From Eledone cirrhosa (lineage: Eukaryota), in the NCBI GenBank assembly GCA_964016885.1, contig OZ024759.1:1674001-1738000 (forward strand): 64,000 nucleotides of DNA. The letters are read 5' to 3'. Below the pieces are notes generated by a model. The model searched no databases and was not told the DNA's origin. It saw only the letters and a program-made list of their open reading frames with translations. Position 1 is the stretch's first letter. Each line of letters starts with the position of its first letter. The position numbers and the translations under genes were made by a program. Positions 45,140 through 61,079 of the stretch are shown here, in pieces.

Positions 45140-48100
45140 CATTAGTAACATGACAAAGTCTATATTAGTAACATGACAAGGTCTGTATTAGTAACATGAC
45201 ACAGTCTATATTAGTAGCATGACACAGTCTATATTAGTAACATGATACAGTCTATATTAGTAACATGACAAAGTCTATATTAGTAACATGACAAAGTCTA
45301 TATTAGTAAAATGACAAAGTCTATATTAGTAACATGACAAAGTCTTTATTAGTAACATGACACAGTCTATATTAGTAACATGACACAGTCTATATTAGTA
45401 ACATGACAAAGTCTATATTAGTAACATGACAAAGTCTATATTAGTAACATGACAAAGTCTATATTAGTAGCATGACAATGTCTGTATTTGTAACATGACA
45501 AAGTCTATATTAGTAACATGACAAAGTCTGTATTAGTAACATGACAAAGTCTATATTAGTAACATGACACAGTCTATATTAGTAACATGACAAAGTCTAT
45601 ATTAGTAGCATGACAAAGTCTATATTAGTAACATGACAAAGTCTATATTAGTAACATGACAAAGTCTATATTAGTAACATGACAAAGTCTATATTAGTAA
45701 CATGACAAAGTCTATATTAGTAACATGACAAAGTCTATATTAGTAACATGACACAGTCTATATTAGTAACATGACAGTCTATATTAGTAACATGACAGTC
45801 TACATTAGTAACATGACACAGTCTATATTAGTAACATGACAAAGTCGATATTAGTAACATGACAATGTCTATATTAGTAACATGACAAAGTCTATATTAG
45901 TAACATGACACAGTCTATATTACTAACATGACACAGTCTATATTAGTAACATGACACAGTCTATATTAGTAACATGACAAAGTCTATATTAGTAACATGA
46001 CAAAGTCTATATTAGTAACATGACAAAGTCTATATTAGTAACATGACACAGTCTATATTAGTAACATGACACCGTCTATATTAGTAGCATGACACAGTCC
46101 ATATTAGTAACATGACAAAGTCTATATTAGTAAAATGACAAAGTCTATATTAGTAACATGACAAAGTCTTTATTAGTAACATGACACAGTCTATATTAGT
46201 AACATGACACAGTCTATATTAGTAACATGACAAAGTCTATATTAGTAACATGACAAAGTCTATATTAGTAACATGACAAAGTCTATATTAGTAACATAAC
46301 AAAGTCTATATTAGTAACATGACACAGTCTATATTAGTAACATGACACAGTCTAGATTAGTAACATGACACAGTCTATATTAGTAACATGAGACAGTCTA
46401 TATTAGTAGCATGACAAAGTCTATATTAGTAACATGACACAGTCTACATTAGTAACATGACAAAGTCTATATTAGTAACATGACACAGTCTATATTAGTA
46501 ACATGAGACAGTCTATATTAGTAACATGACAAAGTCTATATTAGTAACATGACACAGTCTATATTAGTAACATGACAAAGTCTATATTAGTAACATGACA
46601 AAGTCTATATTAGTAACATGACAAAGTCTATATTAGTAACATGACAAAGTCTATATTAGTAGCATGACACAGTATATATTAGCAACATGACAAAGTCTAT
46701 ATTAGTAACATGACACAGTCTATATTAGTAACATGACACAGTCTATATTAGTAACATGACACAGTCTATATTAGTAACATGACAAAGTCTATATTAGTAA
46801 CATGACAAAGTCTATATTAGTAACATGACACAGTCTATATTAGTAACATGACACAGTCTATATTAGTAGCATGACACAGTCTATATTAGTAACATGATAC
46901 AGTCTATATTAGTAACATGACAAAGTCTATATTAGTAACATGACAAAGTCTATATTAGTAAAATGACAAAGTCTATATTAGTAACATGACAAAGTCTTTA
47001 TTAGTAAGATGACACAGTCTATATTAGTAACATGACACAGTCTATATTAGTAACATGACAAAGTCTATATTAGTAACATGACAAAGTCTATATTAGTAAC
47101 ATGACACAGTCTATATTAGTAACATCACACAGTCTATATTAGTAACATGACAAAGTCTATATTAGTAACATGACAAAGTCTATATTAGTAACATGACACA
47201 GTCTATATTAGTAACATGACACAGTCTATATTAGTAACATGACACAGTCTATATTAGTAACATGAGACAGTCTATATTAGTAGCATGACAAAGTCTATAT
47301 TAGTAACATGACACAGTCTACATTAGTAACATGACAAAGTCTATATTAGTAACATGACACAGTCTATATTAGTAACATGACGAAGTCTATATTAGTAACA
47401 TGACACAGTCTATATTAGTAACATGACACAGTCTATATTAGTAACATGAAAAAGTCTATATTAGTAGCATGACAAGTCTATATTAGCAACATGACAAAGT
47501 CTATATTAGTAACATGACACAGTCTATATTAGTAACATGACACAGTCTATATTAGTAACATGACACAGTCTATATTAGTAACATGACAAAGTCTACATTA
47601 GTAACATGACAAAGTCTATATTAGTAACATGACAAGGTCTGTATTAGTAACATGACACAGTCTATATTAGTAGCATGACACAGTCTATATTAGTAACATG
47701 ATACAGTCTATATTAGTAACATGACAAAGTCTATATTAGTAACATGACAAAGTCTATATTAGTAAAATGACAAAGTCTATATTAGTAACATGACAAAGTC
47801 TTTATTAGTAACATGACACAGTCTATATTAGTAACATGACACAGTCTATATTAGTAACATGACAAAGTCTATATTAGTAACATGACAAAGTCTATATTAG
47901 TAACATGACAAAGTCTATATTAGTAGCATGACAATGTCTGTATTTGTAACATGACAAAGTCTATATTAGTAACATGACAAAGTCTGTATTAGTAACATGA
48001 CAAAGTCTATATTAGTAACATGACACAGTCTATATTAGTAACATGACAAAGTCTATATTAGTAGCATGACAAAGTCTATATTAGTAACATGACAAAGTCT

Positions 48101-51100
48101 ATATTAGTAACATGACAAAGTCTATATTAGTAACATGACAAAGTCTATATTAGTAACATGACAAAGTCTATATTAGTAACATGACAAAGTCTATATTAGT
48201 AACATGACACAGTCTATATTAGTAACATGACAGTCTATATTAGTAACATGACAGTCTACATTAGTAACATGACACAGTCTATATTAGTAACATGACAAAG
48301 TCGATATTAGTAACATGACAATGTCTATATTAGTAACATGACAAAGTCTATATTAGTAACATGACACAGTCTATATTACTAACATGACACAGTCTATATT
48401 AGTAACATGACACAGTCTATATTAGTAACATGACAAAGTCTATATTAGTAACATGACAAAGTCTATATTAGTAACATGACAAAGTCTATATTAGTAACAT
48501 GACACAGTCTATATTAGTAACATGACACCGTCTATATTAGTAGCATGACACAGTCCATATTAGTAACATGACAAAGTCTATATTAGTAAAATGACAAAGT
48601 CTATATTAGTAACATGACAAAGTCTTTATTAGTAACATGACACAGTCTATATTAGTAACATGACACAGTCTATATTAGTAACATGACAAAGTCTATATTA
48701 GTAACATGACAAAGTCTATATTAGTAACATGACAAAGTCTATATTAGTAACATAACAAAGTCTATATTAGTAACATGACACAGTCTATATTAGTAACATG
48801 ACACAGTCTAGATTAGTAACATGACACAGTCTATATTAGTAACATGAGACAGTCTATATTAGTAGCATGACAAAGTCTATATTAGTAACATGACACAGTC
48901 TACATTAGTAACATGACAAAGTCTATATTAGTAACATGACACAGTCTATATTAGTAACATGAGACAGTCTATATTAGTAACATGACAAAGTCTATATTAG
49001 TAACATGACACAGTCTATATTAGTAACATGACAAAGTCTATATTAGTAACATGACAAAGTCTATATTAGTAACATGACAAAGTCTATATTAGTAACATGA
49101 CAAAGTCTATATTAGTAGCATGACACAGTATATATTAGCAACATGACAAAGTCTATATTAGTAACATGACACAGTCTATATTAGTAACATGACACAGTCT
49201 ATATTAGTAACATGACACAGTCTATATTATTAACATGACAAAGTCTATATTAGTAACATGACACAGTCTATATTAGTAACATGAGACAGTCTATATTAGT
49301 AACATGACTAAGTCTATATTAGTAACATGACACAGTCTATATTAGTAACATGACACAGTCTATATTAGTAACATGACAAAGTCTATATTAGTTACATGAC
49401 AAAGTCTATATTAGTAACATGACAAAGTCTATATTAGTAACATGACACAGTCTATATTAGTAACATGACGAAGTCTATATTAGTAACATGACACAGTCTA
49501 TATTAGTAACATGACACAGTCTATATTAGTAACATGACACAGTCTATATTAGTAACATGACACAGTCTATATTAGTAACATGACAAAGTCTATATTAGTA
49601 ACATGACAAAGTCTATATTAGTAACATGACAAAGTCTATATTAGTAACATGACACAGTCTATATTAGTAACATGACACAGTCTATATTAGTAACATGACA
49701 AAGTCTATATTAGTAACATGACAAAGTCTATATTAGTAACATGACAAAGTCTATATTAGTAACATGACAAAGTCTATATTAGTAGCATGACACAGTCTAT
49801 ATTAGCAACATGACAAAGTCTATATTAGTAACATGACACAGTCTATATTAGTAGCATGACAAAGTCTGTATTAGTAACATGACAAAGTCTATATTAGTAA
49901 CATGACAAAGTCTATATTAGTAACATGACAAAGTCTATATTAGTAACATGACACAGTCTATATTAGTAACATGACAAAGTCTATATTAGTAGTATGACAA
50001 AGTCTATATTAGTAACATGACAAAGTCTATATTAGTAACATGACAAAGTCTATATTAGTAACATGACAAAGTCTATATTAGTAACATGACACAGTATATA
50101 TTAGTAACATGACAGTCTATATTAGTAACATGACAGTCTACATTAGTAACATGACACAGTCTATATTAGTAACATGACAAAGTCGATATTAGTAACATGA
50201 CAATGTCTATATTAGTAACATGACAAAGTCTATATTAGTAACATGACACAGTCTATATTACTAACATGACACAGTCTATATTAGTAACATGACACAGTCT
50301 ATATTAGTAACATGACAAAGTCTATATTAGTAACATGACAAAGTCTATATTAGTAACATGACAAAGTCTATATTAGTAACATGACACAGTCTATATTAGT
50401 AACATGACACAGTCTATATTAGTAGCATGACACAGTCTATATTAGTAACATGATACAGTCTATATTAGTAACATGACAAAGTCTATATTAGTAACATGAC
50501 AAAGTCTATATTAGTAAAATGACAAAGTCTATATTAGTAACATGACAAAGTCTTTATTAGTAAGATGACACAGTCTATATTAGTAACATGACACAGTCTA
50601 TATTAGTAACATGACAAAGTCTATATTAGTAACATGACAAAGTCTATATTAGTAACATGACACAGTCTATATTAGTAACATCACACAGTCTATATTAGTA
50701 ACATGACAAAGTCTATATTAGTAACATGACAAAGTCTATATTAGTAACATGACACAGTCTATATTAGTAACATGACACAGTCTATATTAGTAACATGACA
50801 CAGTCTATATTAGTAACATGAGACAGTCTATATTAGTAGCATGACAAAGTCTATATTAGTAACATGACACAGTCTACATTAGTAACATGACAAAGTCTAT
50901 ATTAGTAACATGACACAGTCTATATTAGTAACATGACGAAGTCTATATTAGTAACATGACACAGTCTATATTAGTAACATGACACAGTCTATATTAGTAA
51001 CATGAAAAAGTCTATATTAGTAACATGACAAAGTCTATATTAGTAACATGACAAAGTCTATATTAGTAACATGACAAAGTCTATATTAGTAGCATGACAA

Positions 51101-51651
51101 GTCTATATTAGCAACATGACAAAGTCTATATTAGTAACATGACACAGTCTATATTAGTAACATGACACAGTCTATATTAGTAACATGACACAGTCTATAT
51201 TAGTAACATGACAAAGTCTACATTAGTAACATGACAAAGTCTATATTAGTAACATGACAAGGTCTGTATTAGTAACATGACACAGTCTATATTAGTAGCA
51301 TGACACAGTCTATATTAGTAACATGATACAGTCTATATTAGTAACATGACAAAGTCTATATTAGTAACATGACAAAGTCTATATTAGTAAAATGACAAAG
51401 TCTATATTAGTAACATGACAAAGTCTTTATTAGTAACATGACACAGTCTATATTAGTAACATGACACAGTCTATATTAGTAACATGACAAAGTCTATATT
51501 AGTAACATGACAAAGTCTATATTAGTAACATGACAAAGTCTATATTAGTAGCATGACAATGTCTGTATTTGTAACATGACAAAGTCTATATTAGTAACAT
51601 GACAAAGTCTGTATTAGTAACATGACAAAGTCTATATTAGTAACATGACAC

Positions 51652-54600
51652 AGTCTATATTAGTAACATGACAAAGTCTATATTAGTAGCATGACAAAGT
51701 CTATATTAGTAACATGACAAAGTCTATATTAGTAACATGACAAAGTCTATATTAGTAACATGACAAAGTCTATATTAGTAACATGACAAAGTCTATATTA
51801 GTAACATGACAAAGTCTATATTAGTAACATGACACAGTCTATATTAGTAACATGACAGTCTATATTAGTAACATGACAGTCTACATTAGTAACATGACAC
51901 AGTCTATATTAGTAACATGACAAAGTCGATATTAGTAACATGACAATGTCTATATTAGTAACATGACAAAGTCTATATTAGTAACATGACAGTCTATATT
52001 ACTAACATGACACAGTCTATATTAGTAACATGACACAGTCTATATTAGTAACATGACAAAGTCTATATTAGTAACATGACAAAGTCTATATTAGTAACAT
52101 GACAAAGTCTATATTAGTAACATGACACAGTCTATATTAGTAACATGACACCGTCTATATTAGTAGCATGACACAGTCCATATTAGTAACATGACAAAGT
52201 CTATATTAGTAAAATGACAAAGTCTATATTAGTAACATGACAAAGTCTTTATTAGTAACATGACACAGTCTATATTAGTAACATGACACAGTCTATATTA
52301 GTAACATGACAAAGTCTATATTAGTAACATGACAAAGTCTATATTAGTAACATGACAAAGTCTATATTAGTAACATAACAAAGTCTATATTAGTAACATG
52401 ACACAGTCTATATTAGTAACATGACACAGTCTAGATTAGTAACATGACACAGTCTATATTAGTAACATGAGACAGTCTATATTAGTAGCATGACAAAGTC
52501 TATATTAGTAACATGACACAGTCTACATTAGTAACATGACAAAGTCTATATTAGTAACATGACACAGTCTATATTAGTAACATGAGACAGTCTATATTAG
52601 TAACATGACACAGTCTATATTAGTAACATGACACAGTCTATATTAGTAACATGACAAAGTCTATATTAGTAACATGACAAAGTCTATATTAGTAACATGA
52701 CAAAGTCTATATTAGTAACATGACAAAGTCTATATTAGTAGCATGACACAGTATATATTAGCAACATGACAAAGTCTATATTAGTAACATGACACAGTCT
52801 ATATTAGTAACATGACACAGTCTATATTAGTAACATGACACAGTCTATATTATTAACATGACAAAGTCTATATTAGTAACATGACACAGTCTATATTAGT
52901 AACATGAGACAGTCTATATTAGTAACATGACTAAGTCTATATTAGTAACATGACACAGTCTATATTAGTAACATGACACAGTCTATATTAGTAACATGAC
53001 AAAGTCTATATTAGTTACATGACAGAGTCTATATTAGTAACATGACAAAGTCTATATTAGTAACATGACACAGTCTATATTAGTAACATGACGAAGTCTA
53101 TATTAGTAACATGACACAGTCTATATTAGTAACATGACACAGTCTATATTAGTAACATGAAAAAGTCTATATTAGTAACATGACAAAGTCTATATTAGTA
53201 ACATGACAAAGTCTATATTAGTAACATGACAAAGTCTATATTAGTAGCATGACACAGTCTATATTAGCAACATGACAAAGTCTATATTAGTAACATGACA
53301 CAGTCTATATTAGTAACATGACACAGTCTATATTAGTAACATGACACAGTCTATATTAGTAACATGACAAAGTCTACATTAGTAACATGACTAAGTCTAT
53401 ATTAGTAACATGACAAGGTCTATATTAGTAACATGACACAGTCTATATTAGTAGCATGACACAGTCTATATTAGTAACATGATACAGTCTATATTAGTAC
53501 CATGACAAAGTCTATATTAGTAACATGACACAGTCTATATTAGTAACATGACAGTCTATATTAGTAGCATGAAAGTCTACATTAGTAACATGACACAGTC
53601 TATATTAGTAACATGACAAAGTCGATATTAGTAACATGACAATGTCTATATTAGTAACATGACAAAGTCTATATTAGTAACATGACACAGTCTATATTAC
53701 TAACATGACACAGTCTATATTAGTAACATGACAAAGTCTATATTAGTAACATGACAAAGTCTATATTAGTAACATGACACAGTCTATATTAGTAACATGA
53801 CACAGTCTATATTAGTAGCATGACACAGTCTATATTAGTAACATGATACAGTCTATATTAGTAACATGACAAAGTCTATATTAGTAATATGACAAAGTCT
53901 ATCTAAGTAAAATGACAAAGTCTATATTAGTAACATGACAAAGTCTTTATTAGTAACATGACACAGTCTATATTAGTAACATGACACAGTCTATATTAGT
54001 AACATGACAAAGTCTATATTAGTAACATGACAAAGTCTATATTAGTAACATGACACAGTCTATATTAGTAACATGACACAGTCTATATTAGTAACATGAC
54101 AAAGTCTATATTAGTAACATGACAAAGTCTATATTAGTAACATGACACAGTCTATATTAGTAACATGACACAGTCTATATTAGTAACATGAGACAGTCTA
54201 TATTAGTAGCATGACAAAGTCTATATTAGTAACATGACACAGTCTACATTAGTAACATGACTAAGTCTATATTAGTAACATGACACAGTCTATATTAGTA
54301 ACATGAGATAGTCTATATTAGTAACATGACAAAGTCTATATTAGTAACATGACACAGTCTATATTAGTAACATGACACAGTCTAAAATTAGTAACATGAC
54401 AATGTCTATATTAGTAACATGACACAGTCTATATTAGTAACATGACGAAGTCTATATTAGTAACATGACACAGTCTATATTAGTAACATGACACAGTCTA
54501 TATTAGTAACATGAAAAAGTCTATATTAGTAACATGACAAAGTCTATATTAGTAACATGACAAAGTCTATATTAGTAGCATGACAAAGTCTATATTAGTA

Positions 54601-57600
54601 ACATGACAAAGTCTATATTAGTAACATGACAAAGTCTATATTAGTAACATGACACAGTCTATATTAGTAACATAACAAAGTCTATATTAGTAGCATGACA
54701 AAGTCTATATTAGTAACAAGACAAAGTCTATATTAGTAACATGACAAAGTCTATATTAGTAACATGACAAAGTCTATATTAGTAACATGACAAAGTCGAT
54801 ATTAGTAACATGACAAAGTCTATATTAGTAACATGACACAGTATATATTAGTAACATGACAGTCTATATTAGTAACATGACAGTCTACATTAGTAACATG
54901 ACACAGTCTATATTAGTAACATGACAAAGTCGATATTAGTAACATGACAATGTCTATATTAGTAACATGACACAGTCTATATTAGTAACATGACACAGTC
55001 TATATTACTAACATGACACAGTCTATATTAGTAACATGACACAGTCTATATTAGTAACATGACAAAGTCTATATTAGTAACATGACAAAGTCTATATTAG
55101 TAACATGACAAAGTCTATATTAGTAACATGACAAAGTCTATATTAGTAGCATGACAAAGTCTATATTAGTAACATGACAAAGTCTATATTAGTAACATGA
55201 CAAAGTCTATATTAGTAACATGACAAAGTCTATATTAGTAACATGACAAAGTCTATATTAGTAACATGACAAAGTCTATATTAGTAACATGACACAGTCT
55301 ATATTAGTAACATGACAGTCTATATTAGTAACATGACAGTCTACATTAGTAACATGACACAGTCTATATTAGTAACATGACAAAGTCGATATTAGTAACA
55401 TGACAATGTCTATATTAGTAACATGACAAAGTCTATATTAGTAACATGACAGTCTATATTACTAACATGACACAGTCTATATTAGTAACATGACACAGTC
55501 TATATTAGTAACATGACAAAGTCTATATTAGTAACATGACAAAGTCTATATTAGTAACATGACAAAGTCTATATTAGTAACATGACACAGTCTATATTAG
55601 TAACATGACACCGTCTATATTAGTAGCATGACACAGTCCATATTAGTAACATGACAAAGTCTATATTAGTAAAATGACAAAGTCTATATTAGTAACATGA
55701 CAAAGTCTTTATTAGTAACATGACACAGTCTATATTAGTAACATGACACAGTCTATATTAGTAACATGACAAAGTCTATATTAGTAACATGACAAAGTCT
55801 ATATTAGTAACATGACAAAGTCTATATTAGTAACATAACAAAGTCTATATTAGTAACATGACACAGTCTATATTAGTAACATGACACAGTCTAGATTAGT
55901 AACATGACACAGTCTATATTAGTAACATGAGACAGTCTATATTAGTAGCATGACAAAGTCTATATTAGTAACATGACACAGTCTACATTAGTAACATGAC
56001 AAAGTCTATATTAGTAACATGACACAGTCTATATTAGTAACATGAGACAGTCTATATTAGTAACATGACACAGTCTATATTAGTAACATGACACAGTCTA
56101 TATTAGTAACATGACAAAGTCTATATTAGTAACATGACAAAGTCTATATTAGTAACATGACAAAGTCTATATTAGTAACATGACAAAGTCTATATTAGTA
56201 GCATGACACAGTATATATTAGCAACATGACAAAGTCTATATTAGTAACATGACACAGTCTATATTAGTAACATGACACAGTCTATATTAGTAACATGACA
56301 CAGTCTATATTATTAACATGACAAAGTCTATATTAGTAACATGACACAGTCTATATTAGTAACATGAGACAGTCTATATTAGTAACATGACTAAGTCTAT
56401 ATTAGTAACATGACACAGTCTATATTAGTAACATGACACAGTCTATATTAGTAACATGACAAAGTCTATATTAGTTACATGACAGAGTCTATATTAGTAA
56501 CATGACAAAGTCTATATTAGTAACATGACACAGTCTATATTAGTAACATGACGAAGTCTATATTAGTAACATGACACAGTCTATATTAGTAACATGACAC
56601 AGTCTATATTAGTAACATGAAAAAGTCTATATTAGTAACATGACAAAGTCTATATTAGTAACATGACAAAGTCTATATTAGTAACATGACAAAGTCTATA
56701 TTAGTAGCATGACACAGTCTATATTAGCAACATGACAAAGTCTATATTAGTAACATGACACAGTCTATATTAGTAACATGACACAGTCTATATTAGTAAC
56801 ATGACACAGTCTATATTAGTAACATGACAAAGTCTACATTAGTAACATGACTAAGTCTATATTAGTAACATGACAATGTCTATATTAGTAACATGACACA
56901 GTCTATATTAGTAGCATGACACAGTCTATATTAGTAACATGATACAGTCTATATTAGTACCATGACAAAGTCTATATTAGTAACATGACACAGTCTATAT
57001 TAGTAACATGACAGTCTATATTAGTAGCATGAAAGTCTACATTAGTAACATGACACAGTCTATATTAGTAACATGACAAAGTCGATATTAGTAACATGAC
57101 AATGTCTATATTAGTAACATGACAAAGTCTATATTAGTAACATGACACAGTCTATATTACTAACATGACACAGTCTATATTAGTAACATGACAAAGTCTA
57201 TATTAGTAACATGACAAAGTCTATATTAGTAACATGACACAGTCTATATTAGTAACATGACACAGTCTATATTAGTAGCATGACACAGTCTATATTAGTA
57301 ACATGATACAGTCTATATTAGTAACATGACAAAGTCTATATTAGTAATATGACAAAGTCTATCTAAGTAAAATGACAAAGTCTATATTAGTAACATGACA
57401 AAGTCTTTATTAGTAACATGACACAGTCTATATTAGTAACATGACACAGTCTATATTAGTAACATGACAAAGTCTATATTAGTAACATGACAAAGTCTAT
57501 ATTAGTAACATGACACAGTCTATATTAGTAACATGACACAGTCTATATTAGTAACATGACAAAGTCTATATTAGTAACATGACAAAGTCTATATTAGTAA

Positions 57601-58595
57601 CATGACACAGTCTATATTAGTAACATGACACAGTCTATATTAGTAACATGAGACAGTCTATATTAGTAGCATGACAAAGTCTATATTAGTAACATGACAC
57701 AGTCTACATTAGTAACATGACTAAGTCTATATTAGTAACATGACACAGTCTATATTAGTAACATGAGATAGTCTATATTAGTAACATGACAAAGTCTATA
57801 TTAGTAACATGACACAGTCTATATTAGTAACATGACACAGTCTATATTAGTAACATGACAATGTCTATATTAGTAACATGACACAGTCTATATTAGTAAC
57901 ATGACGAAGTCTATATTAGTAACATGACACAGTCTATATTAGTAACATGACACAGTCTATATTAGTAACATGAAAAAGTCTATATTAGTAACATGACAAA
58001 GTCTATATTAGTAACATGACAAAGTCTATATTAGTAGCATGACAAAGTCTATATTAGTAACATGACAAAGTCTATATTAGTAACATGACAAAGTCTATAT
58101 TAGTAACATGACACAGTCTATATTAGTAACATAACAAAGTCTATATTAGTAGCATGACAAAGTCTATATTAGTAACAAGACAAAGTCTATATTAGTAACA
58201 TGACAAAGTCTATATTAGTAACATGACAAAGTCTATATTAGTAACATGACAAAGTCGATATTAGTAACATGACAAAGTCTATATTAGTAACATGACACAG
58301 TATATATTAGTAACATGACAGTCTATATTAGTAACATGACAGTCTACATTAGTAACATGACACAGTCTATATTAGTAACATGACAAAGTCGATATTAGTA
58401 ACATGACAATGTCTATATTAGTAACATGACACAGTCTATATTAGTAACATGACACAGTCTATATTACTAACATGACACAGTCTATATTAGTAACATGACA
58501 CAGTCTATATTAGTAACATGACAAAGTCTATATTAGTAACATGACAAAGTCTATATTAGTAACATGACAAAGTCTATATTAGTAACATGACAAAG
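51652..58595. repeat. Tandem duplication with a 3,460-bp period
   Basis: Offset 3460 at 52002/55462, 53025/56485, 53500/56960, 53903/57363 and GAGATAG 54309/57769. AACAAGAC 54719/58178 shows 3459, after a 1-bp insertion at about 54385 in copy 1. Confidence 0.9.
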
Positions 58596-61079
58596 ACTAT
58601 ATTAGTAACATGACACAGTCTATATTAGTAACATGACACAGTCTATATTAGTAGCATGACACAGTCTATTATTAGTAACATGACACAGTCTATATTAGTA
58701 ACATGAAAAAGTCTATATTAGTAACATGACAAAGTCTATATTAGTAACATGACACAGTCTATATTAGTAACATGACAGTCTATATTAGTAACATGACAGT
58801 CTACATTAGTAACATGACACAGTCTATATTAGTAACATGACAAAGTCGATATTAGTAACATGACAATGTCTATATTAGTAACATGACAAAGTCTATATTA
58901 GTAACATGACACAGTCTATATAACTAACATGACACAGTCTATATTAGTAACATGACACAGTCTATATTAGTAACATGACAAAGTCTATATTAGTAACATG
59001 ACAAAGTCTATATTAGTAACATGACAAAGTCTATATTAGTAACATGACACAGTCTATATTAGTAACATGACACAGTCTATATTAGTAGCATGACACAGTC
59101 CATATTAGTAACATGATACAGTCTATATTAGTAACATGACAAAGTCTATATTAGTAAAATGACAAAGTCTATATTAGTAACATGACAAAGTCTTTATTAG
59201 TAACATGACACAGTCTATATTAGTAACATGACACAGTCTATATTAGTAACATGACAAAGTCTATATTAGTAACATGACAAAGTCTATATTAGTAACATGA
59301 CACAGTCTATATTAGTAACATGACACAGTCTATATTAGTAGCATGACAAAGTCTATATTAGTAACATGACACAGTCTACATTAGTAACATGACAAAGTCT
59401 ATATTAGTAACATGACACAGTCTATATTAGTAACATGAGACAGTCTATATTAGTAACATGACAAAGTCTATATTAGTAACATGACAAAGTCTATATTAGT
59501 AAAATGACAAAGTCTATATTAGTAACATGACAAAGTCTTTATTAGTAACATGACACAGTCTATATTAGTAACATGACACAGTCTATATTAGTAACATGAC
59601 AAAGTCTGTATTAGTAACATGACACAGTCTATATTAGTAACATGACACAGTCTATATTAGTAACATGACAAAGTCTATATTAGTAACATGACAAAGTCTA
59701 TATTAGTAACATGACAAAGTCTATATTAGTAACATGACAAAGTCTATATTAGTAGCATGACAAAGTCTGTATTAGTAACATGACAAAGTCTATATTAGTA
59801 ACATGACAAAGTCTATATTAGTAACATGACAAAGTTTATATTAGTAACATGACACAGTCTATATTAGTAACATGACAAAGTCTATATTAGTAGCATGACA
59901 AAGTCTATATTAGTAACATGACAAAGTCTATATTAGTAACATGACAAAGTCTATATTAGTAACATGACAACGTCTATATTAGTAACATGACAAAGTCTAT
60001 ATTAGTAACATGACAAAGTCTATATTAGTAACATGACACAGTCTATATTAGTAACATGACAGTCTATATTATTAACATGACAGTCTACATTAGTAACATG
60101 ACACTGTCTATATTAGTAACATGACAAAGTCGATATTAGTAACATGACAATGTCTATATTAGTAACATGACAAAGTCTATATTAGTAATATGACAAAGTC
60201 CATATTAGTAAAATGACAAAGTCTATATTAGTAACATGACAAAGTCTTTATTAGTAACATGACACAGTCTATATTAGTAACATGACACAGTCTATATTAG
60301 TAACATGACAAAGTCTATATTAGTAACATGACAAAGTCTATATTAGTAACATGACACAGTCTATATTAGTAACATGACACAGTCTATATTAGTAACATGA
60401 CAAAGTCTATATTAGTAACATGACAAAGTCTATATTAGTAACATGACACAGTCTATATTAGTAACATGACACAGTCTATATTAGTAACATGAGACAGTCT
60501 ATATTAGTAGCATGACAAAGTCTATATTAGTAACATGACACAGTCTACATTAGTAACATGACAAAGTCTATATTAGTAACATGACACAGTCTATATTAGT
60601 AACATGAGACAGTCTATATTAGTAACATGACAAAGTCTATATTAGTAACATGACACAGTCTATATTAGTAACATGACACAGTCTATATTAGTAACATGAC
60701 AAAGTCTATATTAGTAACATGACAAAGTCTATATTAGTAACATGACAAAGTCTATATTAGTAACATGACACAGTCTATATTAGTAACATGACACAGTCTA
60801 TATTAGTAACATGACAAAGTCTATATTAGTAACATGACAAAGTCTATATTAGTAACATGACAAAGTCTATATTAGTAACATGACAAAGTCTATATTAGTA
60901 GCATGACACAGTCTATATTAGCAACATGACAAAGTCTATATTAGTAACATGACACAGTCTATATTAGTAGCATGACAAAGTCTGTATTAGTAACATGACA
61001 AAGTCTATATTAGTAACATGACAAAGTCTATATTAGTAACATGACAAAGTCTATATTAGTAACATGACACAGTCTATAT

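Larger units (their letters stand above)
30310..54147. repeat. Block of about 6.7 kb (30310-36993) repeated at 47464-54147, offset 17,154
   Basis: 22-mer 30318/47472, TAGTATG 32838/49992, CATCAC 33528/50682, 21-mer with CTAAC 34848/52002, TTACATGACAGAG 35871/53025, TACCATG 36346/53500, TATCTAAG 36749/53903. Confidence 0.88.
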
